A stretch of 61,750 bases of DNA, counting the filler. It is 4 parts of 4 records of this genome, joined end to end, with 100 filler letters (N's around TTAATTAATTAA, not from the genome) between each part and the next. Parts side by side here need not be neighbours in the genome. Positions count along the whole stretch, not along the records: positions 26,533 to 44,307 come from SRR2962707_4264; positions 44,408 to 61,750 come from SRR2962707_4270; 2 more parts are not named here. One strand, given 5' to 3'. A program made the translations under genes and the position numbers. The notes below the pieces were generated by a model. It was not told where the DNA came from, searched no databases, and was given only the letters and a program-made list of their open reading frames with translations. Shown here piece after piece: positions 42,199-51,354 of this stretch (its first letter is position 1; each line of letters starts with the position of its first letter).

Positions 42199-43221
42199 TT
42201 ACTTGCCGTAGGATGCCATTGTCGATGACACCATTTCATGGGCGGCGTCAGCATCGATACCGAGCCCGGAGATCTCGGCGAGCACCTTGGTGCGAACACG
42301 GGCGGCCATTTCGGCGAACTTGGCCTGATCCTCGGCGCTGGCGGTGACGATGTTGTTGTCGCCCGCAGCCATTGTGGCTTCACGTGCCAACACGTCGCTC
42401 TTGTCCCAGGCAGCACCCATCATTTTCGATGCAGGCTCTCCGAACACCTTTTCTTCAAGTGCTGTCTTCACATCGTCGGGCATCGCATCGAAAGTTTCCT
42501 GGCTCATGAGCACGGCAAAGGCGCCGCGATAGAAGCCGCCGGGCATTTCATAGACGTTCTTGGCAACTTCGTTGAGCTTGAAGCTGATCCGCTCGCCCAT
42601 GTTCATGGCCACAGCATCGGCAGCACCGGATGACAGGGTCTCATAGACCTTGGGTGCGGGAACCTGAATGCCGATCAGGCCGAGTTCGGCGCCGACATCA
42701 GCCGACACACCACCGCCAAGACGGGTCTTGAGGCCCTCGAGGTCTGCGAGCGTCGAGACAGGCTTGTTGGAGTGAATCTGACCCGGGCCATGGGTGTTGA
42801 GCGCAATCACCTTGGTGCCCTTGAACTCATCAAGCTGGGCGAGGTATTTCTCATGAACCTGCCAGTAAGCGACAGAGGCAGCCTCTGCATTGCCCTGATA
42901 GCCCGGAAGTTCGATCAGCTTGGTTCCGACAAACCGGCCCGGCTGATAGCCGTTGAAAATGATGGTGATGTCGGCCGCGCCGTCAAGGATCAGGTCCATC
43001 TGCGCCGGGGGAGGGGCAAGTCCCAACTTGATCTCGCCGCTGACCTTGCCGTCAGTGGCCTCCTCCATCATGTCGACGAGCCCTTCAAGCATCTCGGTGT
43101 TGATAGGGTGTGATGGCGGCAGCCAGCTTGAAATGGTCAGGTTGATGTCCGCAGCCATTGCTGACGCGGAAAAGCCAACGGCCAGCATCGTGCTCGCCAA
43201 TAGGGTGCCAATCTTGTTCAT
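42199..43221 (-). CDS. dctP: TRAP transporter substrate-binding protein
   Basis: Signal peptide, SSWLPPSHP, PGRF, DLEGLKTR, YETLSSG; GGAGG before ATG 43221. Confidence 0.9.
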   Translation of the reverse strand: MNKIGTLLASTMLAVGFSASAMAADINLTISSWLPPSHPINTEMLEGLVDMMEEATDGKVSGEIKLGLAPPPAQMDLILDGAADITIIFNGYQPGRFVGTKLIELPGYQGNAEAASVAYWQVHEKYLAQLDEFKGTKVIALNTHGPGQIHSNKPVSTLADLEGLKTRLGGGVSADVGAELGLIGIQVPAPKVYETLSSGAADAVAMNMGERISFKLNEVAKNVYEMPGGFYRGAFAVLMSQETFDAMPDDVKTALEEKVFGEPASKMMGAAWDKSDVLAREATMAAGDNNIVTASAEDQAKFAEMAARVRTKVLAEISGLGIDADAAHEMVSSTMASYGK

Positions 43222-43276
43222 GCGTTTTCCTCCCGGTGGATGAGGATCAGGCATTCATTTCCTGACCTCGACAACA

Positions 43277-43307
43277 GAAACATGCATTATCATATAAAAA
43301 CATGCAA
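43277..43307 (-). promoter_or_regulatory. dctPQM promoter with embedded operator
   Basis: On minus strand TTGCAT-17 nt-CATGTT, containing TTTATATGATAATGCATGTTTC. Confidence 0.65.
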
Positions 43308-43325
43308 CGTCGCCTATGCATTTTT

Positions 43326-43823
43326 TCAGGAATGTGCGTCTGATCCAGTTTTCTCTGTCTGATCAGGCTGGCCGGATTCCAGGTGCTGGATCAGCGCCCG
43401 CAGCGTGTCCTTGATTTTTGCGCCCTGGCCACCCTGGAAGGATCTGAGCAGCTCCTGTTCGTTGACTTTGGCATCTGCAACCAGTTCTTCGGCGAGTGCA
43501 CGTCCCTCGTCAGTCAGGAAAACACGCACCCGGCGGCCATCCGTGGGGTCGCTGCGCCGTGTCACCAGGCCGCGATTGTCCATCTGTATGATAATTTTGG
43601 TGAGCCGTGACTGCTCGATCATGGCGTAACGCGCCAGTTCGGTGACCATTGAGCCATCCGTGTCGATCAGGCAGGCCAGAACCCGCCACTCGGGAACGCG
43701 CAGGCCCTTGGTACGGACATAACTATGGAATCGCTCACTTGCCGCTTCGCTGGCAGCCGCCAGCAGATAAAGCAGGTAATTGGGGACAAAAGGCTGTTCG
43801 GGATTGTCGACTGTGTTGCTCAT
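43326..43823 (-). CDS. MarR-family transcriptional regulator
   Basis: YLLYLLAAAS, GLRVPEWRVL, DGRRVRVFLT. Confidence 0.9.
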   Translation of the reverse strand: MSNTVDNPEQPFVPNYLLYLLAAASEAASERFHSYVRTKGLRVPEWRVLACLIDTDGSMVTELARYAMIEQSRLTKIIIQMDNRGLVTRRSDPTDGRRVRVFLTDEGRALAEELVADAKVNEQELLRSFQGGQGAKIKDTLRALIQHLESGQPDQTEKTGSDAHS

Positions 43824-43888
43824 CGGGATTCCGCGTGCTCAGGGGCGGCTTTCATCGCATTCCGGGAATGTATCTTCAACAAAAACTC

Positions 43889-43919
43889 TTGACAAGATTT
43901 ATATGAAAATTCATGTTTC
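43889..43919 (+). promoter_or_regulatory. Oxidoreductase promoter with embedded operator
   Basis: TTGACA-17 nt-CATGTT, containing TTTATATGAAAATTCATGTTTC (20/22 identical to the dctP copy). Confidence 0.7.
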
Positions 43920-43939
43920 GAGCAAAGGAGACCCGAAAA

Positions 43940-44307
43940 TTGGTTGAGCCGGTTAGATTGAAAGTCTCGTCAACGCGCATGCTGACCGATACGGTACGCG
44001 AGTTGGAGTTCGTCGGAAGCGGAAACGGTTTGCTCGCTGGCTATGCGCCCGGAGCGCACGTCAGGTTTGATCTGCCTGCAGGGGAGCGGTCATATTCCCT
44101 GATCGATTTTACGGCTGTTGCGGAAGACAGCAATCCTTCCAGCTACCGCTTTGCGGTTCAGCTGGAAGTGCAAAGTACTGGCGGATCATGCTACATGCAC
44201 GGCCTCAATCCGGGTGACATGGTTGCTGTTTCAGCTCCCGGGAATGATTTTCCTCTTGTTGCCGGCAAGCCCGCCTTGCTGATTGCCGGCGGCATCGGCA
44301 TCACGCC
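43940..44307 (+). CDS. PDR/VanB-type oxygenase reductase, N-terminal part (truncated by contig end)
   Basis: PGAHV, RSYSL, STGGS, PGNDF, IAGGIGIT(P) flavin/NAD motifs; AAGGAG before TTG 43940. Confidence 0.85.
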
Positions 44308-44407
44308 NNNNNNNNNNNNNNNNNNNNNNNNNNNNNNNNNNNNNNNNNNNNTTAATTAATTAANNNNNNNNNNNNNNNNNNNNNNNNNNNNNNNNNNNNN
44401 NNNNNNN
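44308..44407. other. Artificial contig linker
   Basis: Ns flanking TTAATTAATTAA, 100 nt. Confidence 0.98.
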
Positions 44408-44408
44408 G

Positions 44409-44424
44409 TTAACAGTCTGCTAAC
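44409..44424 (+). promoter_or_regulatory. Candidate CtrA box upstream of DUF2336 gene
   Basis: TTAA-CAGTCTG-CTAAC versus CtrA consensus TTAA-N7-TTAAC (one mismatch). Confidence 0.5.
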
Positions 44425-44489
44425 GAATTGGCGGCAAAGGTGGGTACACATCGAATGTGATGCGATTCCGAAGTGACGGTTCTTATAAA

Positions 44490-45635
44490 ATGCTTGGTTT
44501 CCAGCCCTACGAGACGTTTCAACTGCTGATCGAGACCGGCGGCATTGACCGAACGAACACGCTTTTGATTGCGGCGTGTGACGCCTATACGCGGCGCGGC
44601 AAGGCGACTGCTCCCGAAATGGAACAGTTTGAAGCGCTGGCCAGCCGCCTGTTCCCGATTGCCGGCCCGCAGGCCAAGGCAAAGGGTGCCGCCATTCTGG
44701 GTCGTGCCGAGGTTCTCTCGCCAGCGCTGGAGCGTCTGGTGGTCGAGAATATCGGCGAAGACCTCAACACATTCCTCAATGGCGCCAAGGAGTTGTCCGA
44801 GCAGACCATGCTCAGCATCGTGTCGCGCTATGACGTGCCGGGCGCTGCAACCATTGCCGCCCGCCCCGATCTTTCCAATGTGGTGCTGGCCAAGCTGTTC
44901 CAGATGAACTCGCGCAAGGTCTACCGCGCGCTGGCCTCCAACACCCATATCGTCCCCCGGGGGGCCTATCTCAGCGCCCTGGCCCGTTCGGCGCAGATGG
45001 ACCACATGGTCGCCGAGTCGCTGGCCAAGCGGTCCGATTTCGACGCGGCCCTGCTGGCCCCGGCCTTCTTTGATCTCTCCGACACCGATCGTCTCAAGGT
45101 CATTCAGGCCTTCGCCCATCGCGAAACCCCTGTAGCCCCAATCAAGAAGACCATCGAACAGCTGACCGTTGCCAATGCCGAGCTGACCAAGGCGCTGATG
45201 AAGCTGTTCTCGGAGAACCGCCGCCCCGAGGTCACCAAGCTGCTCAGCCAGATTACCGGTCTGGATGAAGTGCGTTGCGGGCAGATCGCCCATGACGTTA
45301 CCGGCTCTGCCCTGTTCGTGATCCTGCGGGCCTTTGGCTGCAGCGCCTATGACGGGCTCAAGGTACTGATCCACGCGACCAGCCACGACAATGATCGCTC
45401 GCGCGCGCTGGCTGATTTTGCCACCATGTTCGGCAATGTCACACCGGATGCAATGGCTTATCTGATGAGCGCCTGGCGTGGCGAAGTGAACCTTCTCGAA
45501 CTGGCCAAGCCAGAATACAAGCCGTTCACCGAGACCAGCCGCCGCACGCCATCTAGCCTTGCACCAGCGCATAATCCCGTGGTGGAACAGGCCATCGAGG
45601 CCCTGGCCCGCATCGGCATCAAGCGCGCCAGCTAG
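44490..45635 (+). CDS. DUF2336-like protein
   Basis: All-alpha-like 381-aa ORF with FEALA.RL, IAARPDLS motifs; position matches the conserved DUF2336-DUF1491 locus; start uncertain (44457 or 44490). Confidence 0.6.
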   Translation: MLGFQPYETFQLLIETGGIDRTNTLLIAACDAYTRRGKATAPEMEQFEALASRLFPIAGPQAKAKGAAILGRAEVLSPALERLVVENIGEDLNTFLNGAKELSEQTMLSIVSRYDVPGAATIAARPDLSNVVLAKLFQMNSRKVYRALASNTHIVPRGAYLSALARSAQMDHMVAESLAKRSDFDAALLAPAFFDLSDTDRLKVIQAFAHRETPVAPIKKTIEQLTVANAELTKALMKLFSENRRPEVTKLLSQITGLDEVRCGQIAHDVTGSALFVILRAFGCSAYDGLKVLIHATSHDNDRSRALADFATMFGNVTPDAMAYLMSAWRGEVNLLELAKPEYKPFTETSRRTPSSLAPAHNPVVEQAIEALARIGIKRAS

Positions 45636-45662
45636 GCGCGGCTCGGAAACAGGACATGTGGG

Positions 45663-46001
45663 CTATTTGACGACATCGATGCCCACATCGTCACCCCGCA
45701 AGTCCAGACTGAGCACCCAGAGATCGGGATCGAAATCGACTTCGCGGGCGATGCGATCGCGCACGTCTGCAGCCGAACTACGATGGAAACGCTGCTGAAA
45801 CACCAGAGCCGCGCTGCCATCAGTGCGACTGACCATGGGCGCGGGTGTATAAAGTGAGACCGTGCCGTCGAGATGGTCAACTTCAATAAAGACCTGGCCG
45901 GCGATCGGGTCACCGCGCCGGGAAACCACGCACATATTGCCCAGATCATTGTGCCGCCGCACGAACACACCGCACCAAATATCGCTGCGGAGCGTACTCA
46001 C
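45663..46001 (-). CDS. DUF1491-family protein
   Basis: LRSDIW...RRGD..AG.VF...FDPDLWV. Confidence 0.85.
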   Translation of the reverse strand: MSTLRSDIWCGVFVRRHNDLGNMCVVSRRGDPIAGQVFIEVDHLDGTVSLYTPAPMVSRTDGSAALVFQQRFHRSSAADVRDRIAREVDFDPDLWVLSLDLRGDDVGIDVVK

Positions 46002-47174
46002 CTAGATGGAGGCGCCGGCGCTGCGCAGCAGGCTCACGAGGTCAGGCTTTACCTCACCGGTGAGCTTGTAGCTGTGGAAATTCTCGAACTCACGGATCGC
46101 GCGGGCTGTTGAGTCACCGGGCTGACCATCGATGGAGCCATGATAAAAGCCAAGGCTGGCGAGGCCGCGCTGGATCTGGCTGACCAATTGCTGATCATTG
46201 GCTGGCGCACCAGTGCTTACACCAGCCACCTGCTGCGGCGCAGGGGTGGCCGGGGCAGCAATCGGGGCCGCCATGGGTTCAAGCGAGGCCACCTGCACAG
46301 GCTTGGGCATGGGTTGGGCGGAACTGCCCAGCGCGACGGCCGGACGCGGACTGGTGCCTTGCGCGGCAGGCGTGCCACCAACTGCCGCAACAATGGAATC
46401 AATGGTCTGCGCGGCAGCATTGCCGACGGTATCAACAGCATTGTCGACTGGCGTCAGGGTTGGCAGGCGGGCGATCACCTTCACCTGCTCAACTGGCTGG
46501 GTCGGTGCCGGCTGAACGGGCTGGGCGACGGCCTGCTGCACGGGTTCAGGGCGGGTGGCGACCGGCGCCGGACGCGGCGCGATCTGAGCGGCCTGCTGGG
46601 TCACGGGAACTCGGCCTGCTGCGTCGGCTCCCAGGATTGCCTCCACGACGGCGGGCGTCAGCGCGCCTGTGGGCTCAAGCCCGTTGCGCTCTTCAAACGA
46701 CCGGATCGCATTGGCTGTCATTGGCCCGTAAAAGCCATCGACCTTACCGTTGAACAGACCAAGCTCGGTCAGTTTCTTCTGGACGGCAAAGGCTTCTCGA
46801 TTGCCAACAGGCGCTTCTGGAATGCGCTGGGTCGGCGCTGCAACGCTGCCTGTGGTGTCATTGGCTGGCAAGGGCGCGACAACAGCCAGACGCTCGGCCG
46901 GCGCTGGAGCGGGCTCAGGCGCGCTAACGGGGTCCACAATTGCGGTCTGCCCGCTTTGGGCCGGCGCAAAGAACGGCGCAGGATGGTGGCCGGGCTGGAA
47001 ATAGAGCGCATTGCTGCCCGCCAGTGCGGTCAGGGTCACCAGCGCCATCAGACCGGTCGATGCCAGCGGCGCCTTCATATAGTGCGACAGGGCCCATAGG
47101 CCTGCGCGACCCAACGAGGCCGCGACAGCGCTTCCTGCAGCCAGCGGCAGGTGAGTCAGAGTGGATGCTGTCAT
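46002..47174 (-). CDS. Membrane-anchored protein with two PG_binding_1 domains and a Pro/Ala/Gln-rich linker
   Basis: TM plus NALYFQPGHHPAP; VQKKL..LG...VDGFYGPMTANAIRSFE and IQRGLASLG...DG..G..TARAIREFE; ATGA overlap with kinase stop (alternative start 47201). Confidence 0.85.
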   Translation of the reverse strand: MTASTLTHLPLAAGSAVAASLGRAGLWALSHYMKAPLASTGLMALVTLTALAGSNALYFQPGHHPAPFFAPAQSGQTAIVDPVSAPEPAPAPAERLAVVAPLPANDTTGSVAAPTQRIPEAPVGNREAFAVQKKLTELGLFNGKVDGFYGPMTANAIRSFEERNGLEPTGALTPAVVEAILGADAAGRVPVTQQAAQIAPRPAPVATRPEPVQQAVAQPVQPAPTQPVEQVKVIARLPTLTPVDNAVDTVGNAAAQTIDSIVAAVGGTPAAQGTSPRPAVALGSSAQPMPKPVQVASLEPMAAPIAAPATPAPQQVAGVSTGAPANDQQLVSQIQRGLASLGFYHGSIDGQPGDSTARAIREFENFHSYKLTGEVKPDLVSLLRSAGASI

Positions 47175-49045
47175 TGCGCTTTTCTTTTTTCGTCTTGCCA
47201 TGGGGTGCTGCGTTCGGCGGCTTGTTCTCTGTGGAGTGGGGTGATGGTGGCAGTCTCTGCGGTGTTTATTGCTGGACCGTTTATGGGAAGCAAGACAGTC
47301 ACTGTTGTCCCCGCTCCGATCTCGGACATGGCACGCAGGGTGCCTTCATGCAGTTCGACCAGTCCCTTGACGATCGACAGCCCCAACCCGGTACCTTCGT
47401 ATGGCCGGGAAAGGCCGCCCTGCGCCTGGAAGAAGGCTTCACCAACACGGGCAAGCGACTCAGGGGCCATACCGACACCTTGATCGATCACGGACATGTT
47501 CAAACTCTGGCCCTGCCGCTTCATATTGACGACAACCGTGCTGCCGGGATGGCTGAACTTGATGGCATTGGACATCAGGTTGAGCAGGATCTGCCGGCAG
47601 GCGCGCTCATCGGCATTGAGGGTCGGCAAATTGTCTTCGACATTACTGACAAGGCGGACGTCGCGTTCCTGGGCCAAAGCCTCGACCATGTTAAAGCATG
47701 GCTCGATGATGTTCTGCAGTTCAAAGGGTTCGCTCTGCAGCTCGAACTTGCCAGCCTCGATGCGCGACATGTCGAGGAGCATGCGGACAACCTCGAGCAG
47801 ATGCTTGCCACTCTGATGGATCAATCCGGCATATTCGCTGTGGGTCGGCGACAACTCACCCCCAATGCCTGTACTCATCATTTCGGAGAAGCCGACAATG
47901 GCATTGAGCGGTGTACGCAGCTCGTGTCCCATGGTGGCCAGGAAGCGCGATTTGGCGCTGGACGCTTCCTCGGCGGCCCGGTGGGCCTCGATCATGGCCG
48001 CTTCGTTGTCCTTGCGTGCGGTGATGTCACGGAACAGCGCGATGACTTCATGGCGCATACCGGTATTGTCCGGATCAAGGACCGGGGACAGGCTGATCTC
48101 GACCCAGACGAAGCGGGGTACGGTCGGCGAGGAATGCGGATCGTCCTGACGCATCCGCACTTCGATCAGCCGGGTCTCCCCGCCCTGATTGGCATCGGCG
48201 AAGGCGGTCAGATAGGCAGGCCGATCCATCACATGCATGCGCGCGCCGAGGCCGCTACCCGTCAGCTCAAAGCGACGGCAACCAAACAGCGTTTCGGACG
48301 AACGCGACGCCAGCAGCACTTCGCCATTGCTGGAAAAGCGGATGACTGCATCCTGAACATGCTCGATCAGGTGACGATAGGCGGTGACCTGGGCCTTGTC
48401 GTAGACTTCAAATGCCCCGTTGATGCGGTTGGCAGTGTGGATGACCACGCTGACGCTGACGGCCAGGGTAATGCCCGATGCCAGCGTGAGAATGCCTGAC
48501 GGCATGAAAGGGGTCGGCACGCCAATGATGGCGGTTACCGCGCCCAGCGCAACAATGGCCGTTGCCATGATCCAGCTATGCTGGCGCAATCTGGTGTGGC
48601 CGAGCAGCGCGGCCAGCACGGGCCCCATCAGCGCGACGGCCATGCCGATATCGGCAAATCGATTATCGGCCAGGGTCAGCAGCAGCCCCAGACCAAGCAA
48701 GGTATAGACCTGGCCGGCAACGGCCTGCTGAAACAGCTGGCGCTGATGCAAAGCCAGTGTCGTCATGCCGCTCGCCAGCGCCACTGCGGCCAGGATGAAG
48801 GGCAGGACGGTGCCGGTGACCAGCCAGTAAATGGCCAGAGGCATGACCAGAGCGCTGGTGACGATCGCAATTCGGGAATTGTTGGCCAGCGTCTTGCGAC
48901 GCAGCACTTCGGGCCGGTTGCCGGACCCGGCGACGGCCAGGGGCATCTCTTTGCTTGCGACAAAAGAGAAGAGGCTACGCATATACACAATACTCACTAT
49001 CACGACGCCAGCGGTGACGGTGCCGAGGCACCCCGGGTCAGACAT
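47171..49045 (-). CDS. divJ: Membrane PAS-domain sensor histidine kinase, DivJ-like
   Basis: Several TMs, PAS, AKSRFLATMGHELRTPLNAIVGFSE, ADERACRQILLNLMSNAIKF, GTGLGL; true start may be 48982. Confidence 0.7.
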   Translation of the reverse strand: MSDPGCLGTVTAGVVIVSIVYMRSLFSFVASKEMPLAVAGSGNRPEVLRRKTLANNSRIAIVTSALVMPLAIYWLVTGTVLPFILAAVALASGMTTLALHQRQLFQQAVAGQVYTLLGLGLLLTLADNRFADIGMAVALMGPVLAALLGHTRLRQHSWIMATAIVALGAVTAIIGVPTPFMPSGILTLASGITLAVSVSVVIHTANRINGAFEVYDKAQVTAYRHLIEHVQDAVIRFSSNGEVLLASRSSETLFGCRRFELTGSGLGARMHVMDRPAYLTAFADANQGGETRLIEVRMRQDDPHSSPTVPRFVWVEISLSPVLDPDNTGMRHEVIALFRDITARKDNEAAMIEAHRAAEEASSAKSRFLATMGHELRTPLNAIVGFSEMMSTGIGGELSPTHSEYAGLIHQSGKHLLEVVRMLLDMSRIEAGKFELQSEPFELQNIIEPCFNMVEALAQERDVRLVSNVEDNLPTLNADERACRQILLNLMSNAIKFSHPGSTVVVNMKRQGQSLNMSVIDQGVGMAPESLARVGEAFFQAQGGLSRPYEGTGLGLSIVKGLVELHEGTLRAMSEIGAGTTVTVLLPINGPAINTAETATITPLHREQAAERSTPWQDEKRKAQ

Positions 49046-49323
49046 TTACGCGTCCCACCCGGCCCGGATGAACTCCGGGTCTTGTTGAGCCCACACTGGC
49101 GGCCAAGAGCTAAGGCGAGCTTAAGTCTCGGGCCGCCAATGGCTTGGCGACGGGTCCAGAGGGGCCTTTCTGGGGTTAGCGTAAACAAGGTGTTTCGCTT
49201 GCTGCCAAACTGCGTGGCAATTGCCTCAAATTTTATCGAATTGCCCCAGTCCGGCTTAAGAGGCGGGGCGTAGCTTGGTTTGTGCAGGGTCATACAAGCC
49301 CTGCGAAAACTATGGATTACCAG

Positions 49324-49617
49324 ATGTTTGTCGTCGTTCGTTCCGTTTTCTGGCTTGCCGTCGCCTATATGGTGATCCGCCCCGGCGTTGATCTGCCCGA
49401 TGGCAATGCCGTCGCCGTGCAGGCCATGGCAGCCGGTTCTCAAGTGGTGAGCGAACAGATCAATCGCATCGAATGCACAGATATCACATGCGCTGGTGGC
49501 AAGGCCGTGTTTGCCGCAGCGCTGCAGTCTTCCCCGTCAGTCGGTCTTCCCATGCATGTGATGCCGACAAGCAGTCTGGCCCCCATTCCCCGGCCCCGGC
49601 CGGACTGGGCGGGTTAA
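49324..49617 (+). CDS. Small exported/membrane hypothetical protein
   Basis: MFVVVRSVFWLAVAYMVIRP...C.D..C...PIPRPRP; occupies the slot between the divJ-like gene and sufE. Confidence 0.65.
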   Translation: MFVVVRSVFWLAVAYMVIRPGVDLPDGNAVAVQAMAAGSQVVSEQINRIECTDITCAGGKAVFAAALQSSPSVGLPMHVMPTSSLAPIPRPRPDWAG

Positions 49618-49646
49618 GCGGCGCCGCTACGGCGCCCTCAAGTACC

Positions 49647-49736
49647 CCAGGGTTCGTGTCTCTTCCCCAAGTGACGCACTCCAACGACCCTGGCCCTGCC
49701 CCAAGCACGCTGCCCCGTGCTTGGGGCTTTTTCTTT
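49647..49736 (+). ncRNA. Candidate structured small RNA / 3'-UTR element with intrinsic terminator
   Basis: Stem CCAGGGTTCGT/ACGACCCTGG enclosing a CU-rich loop (TCTTCCCCAAG), then perfect 12-bp stem GCCCCAAGCACG/CGTGCTTGGGGC plus TTTTTCTTT. Confidence 0.5.
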
Positions 49737-49801
49737 AGATGTGCGGTGATGCCGCCGCGTTGTCGCTTGCGAGCGCTGCGCCAGCCCCCTAGATAGGGGG
49801 C

Positions 49802-50227
49802 ATGAGTGAGCCAGCAGCCTTCCAGGATATCGCCGAGAACCTGTCCTTCCTTGACGACTGGGAGGATCGCTACCGCTATCTGATCGAGTTGGGGCAGGCC
49901 TTGCCCAAGCTCAGCGACGCAGAAAAGTCCGATGAGAACCGGGTGCATGGCTGCGTATCGCAGGTCTGGCTATCGGCAGAGACCGAAGCGCGGGACGGGC
50001 AGACCGTGCTGCGCTATCGCGGCGAGAGTGACGCGATGATCGTTCAGGGGCTGGTCGCCATTCTCCTGGCACTTTATTCAGGGCGCCCTGCCGGCGATAT
50101 CGCGGACACCGATGCCATTGCCATCTTTGACAAGCTGGGCCTGCGCGAACACCTGACGGCACAGCGTTCCAACGGGCTGGTGGCAATGGTCAATCGTATC
50201 CGGTCGGAGGGGGCCGCCCTGCGCTAG
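49802..50227 (+). CDS. sufE: Fe-S cluster sulfur-transfer protein SufE
   Basis: DDWEDRYRYLIELG, VHGCVSQVW, ESDAMIVQGL, QRSNGL. Confidence 0.95.
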   Translation: MSEPAAFQDIAENLSFLDDWEDRYRYLIELGQALPKLSDAEKSDENRVHGCVSQVWLSAETEARDGQTVLRYRGESDAMIVQGLVAILLALYSGRPAGDIADTDAIAIFDKLGLREHLTAQRSNGLVAMVNRIRSEGAALR

Positions 50228-51300
50228 GCGGCTGCCGGCGTAACCGGACCAGCGGGCGGCTTGTTGCGGCTCGCGAACCGCTTGCTGACAAAGCGCAGCA
50301 GCGGCAGCTCACCCCATTGGTAGAGCATCCAGCCGGCCGTTGTACCGCCGATGATCGAAACCGCCGCTACCAAATAGTCCGCGAACATATCTGCAGGGTC
50401 CAGCAGCTTGAAGGCGATGCCCGACAGGATCGCCACCTCATATATGTGCACCAGATAGATGGAATAAGAAGCATCGCCAATGCGTTCGAACAGGGCGATG
50501 CGTGGCATGACTGGCTCAAGCCGCACCAAAAGAAGCACCAGCGCCGTCGCGAAAATCAGGAAGCCGATAAAGGCGTAGCCATCCTCGACAATCTCGGTGC
50601 CCCAGGCGAATCCCTCAATCATCGCGATCAGACCAACAATGGCAGCTGCGTAGATCGCGTTTCGCGAGAGTTGGCCGATCTTGCCGCGCATGGTTGCCAA
50701 GCCCACCCAGGCGCCAGCACAGAAGGCCAGCGGCATGTAGCTGGTGTAGAATTGAGGAATGGCCGACTGCGGCTCAAAGACAAGCCCCATCAGCGCCAGT
50801 GCGGAAAATGCGATGGTGAGGCAAACCACCCGCGCGCCCGCGCCCAGAAAGGCCAGCAGGGCGAAGCTGACATAGAAGAACATCTCATAGTTGAGTGTCC
50901 AGCCGAGCTTGTAGAGCGGATGAATGCCGCCACTGACCGGATTGTAGAAGGGTATGAACAGCAGGGACAACACCAACTGGGTGCCGTCATAGACCGTCGT
51001 CTTGAATATCTGTGGCGCGTAAAGCGCCAGCGCAGCCGCCAGCAGGGTGGCGATCCAGTACATTGGAACGACGCGGATGAAGCGACGCCGGAGGAATTCG
51101 GCGGCTGAAAAGCGCCCTTCCCCGGTCACCACAACCATGATGAATCCCGAGATCACGAAGAACAGTATGACCCCGAGCCACCCCAGGCGGCTAAAGCCGA
51201 GATTGTGCTCGACCAGCGGGTACAAAAGGGCGTGCGATGCCAGGACAAGTATCGCCGCCAGTCCGCGCAGGTATTGGATCGAGAAGAATTTGTGGCCCAT
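50224..51300 (-). CDS. Acyltransferase-3 family O-acyltransferase (ExoZ-like)
   Basis: SIQYLRGLAA, GVILFFVISGFIM, RRFIRVVP.YW, GWTLNYEMFFY, IGDASYSIYL. Confidence 0.9.
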   Translation of the reverse strand: MGHKFFSIQYLRGLAAILVLASHALLYPLVEHNLGFSRLGWLGVILFFVISGFIMVVVTGEGRFSAAEFLRRRFIRVVPMYWIATLLAAALALYAPQIFKTTVYDGTQLVLSLLFIPFYNPVSGGIHPLYKLGWTLNYEMFFYVSFALLAFLGAGARVVCLTIAFSALALMGLVFEPQSAIPQFYTSYMPLAFCAGAWVGLATMRGKIGQLSRNAIYAAAIVGLIAMIEGFAWGTEIVEDGYAFIGFLIFATALVLLLVRLEPVMPRIALFERIGDASYSIYLVHIYEVAILSGIAFKLLDPADMFADYLVAAVSIIGGTTAGWMLYQWGELPLLRFVSKRFASRNKPPAGPVTPAAA

Positions 51301-51354
51301 GAATTTCGGTTATCACGCAATTTGTATGACCAATCATTACCAATCATTACGTAG

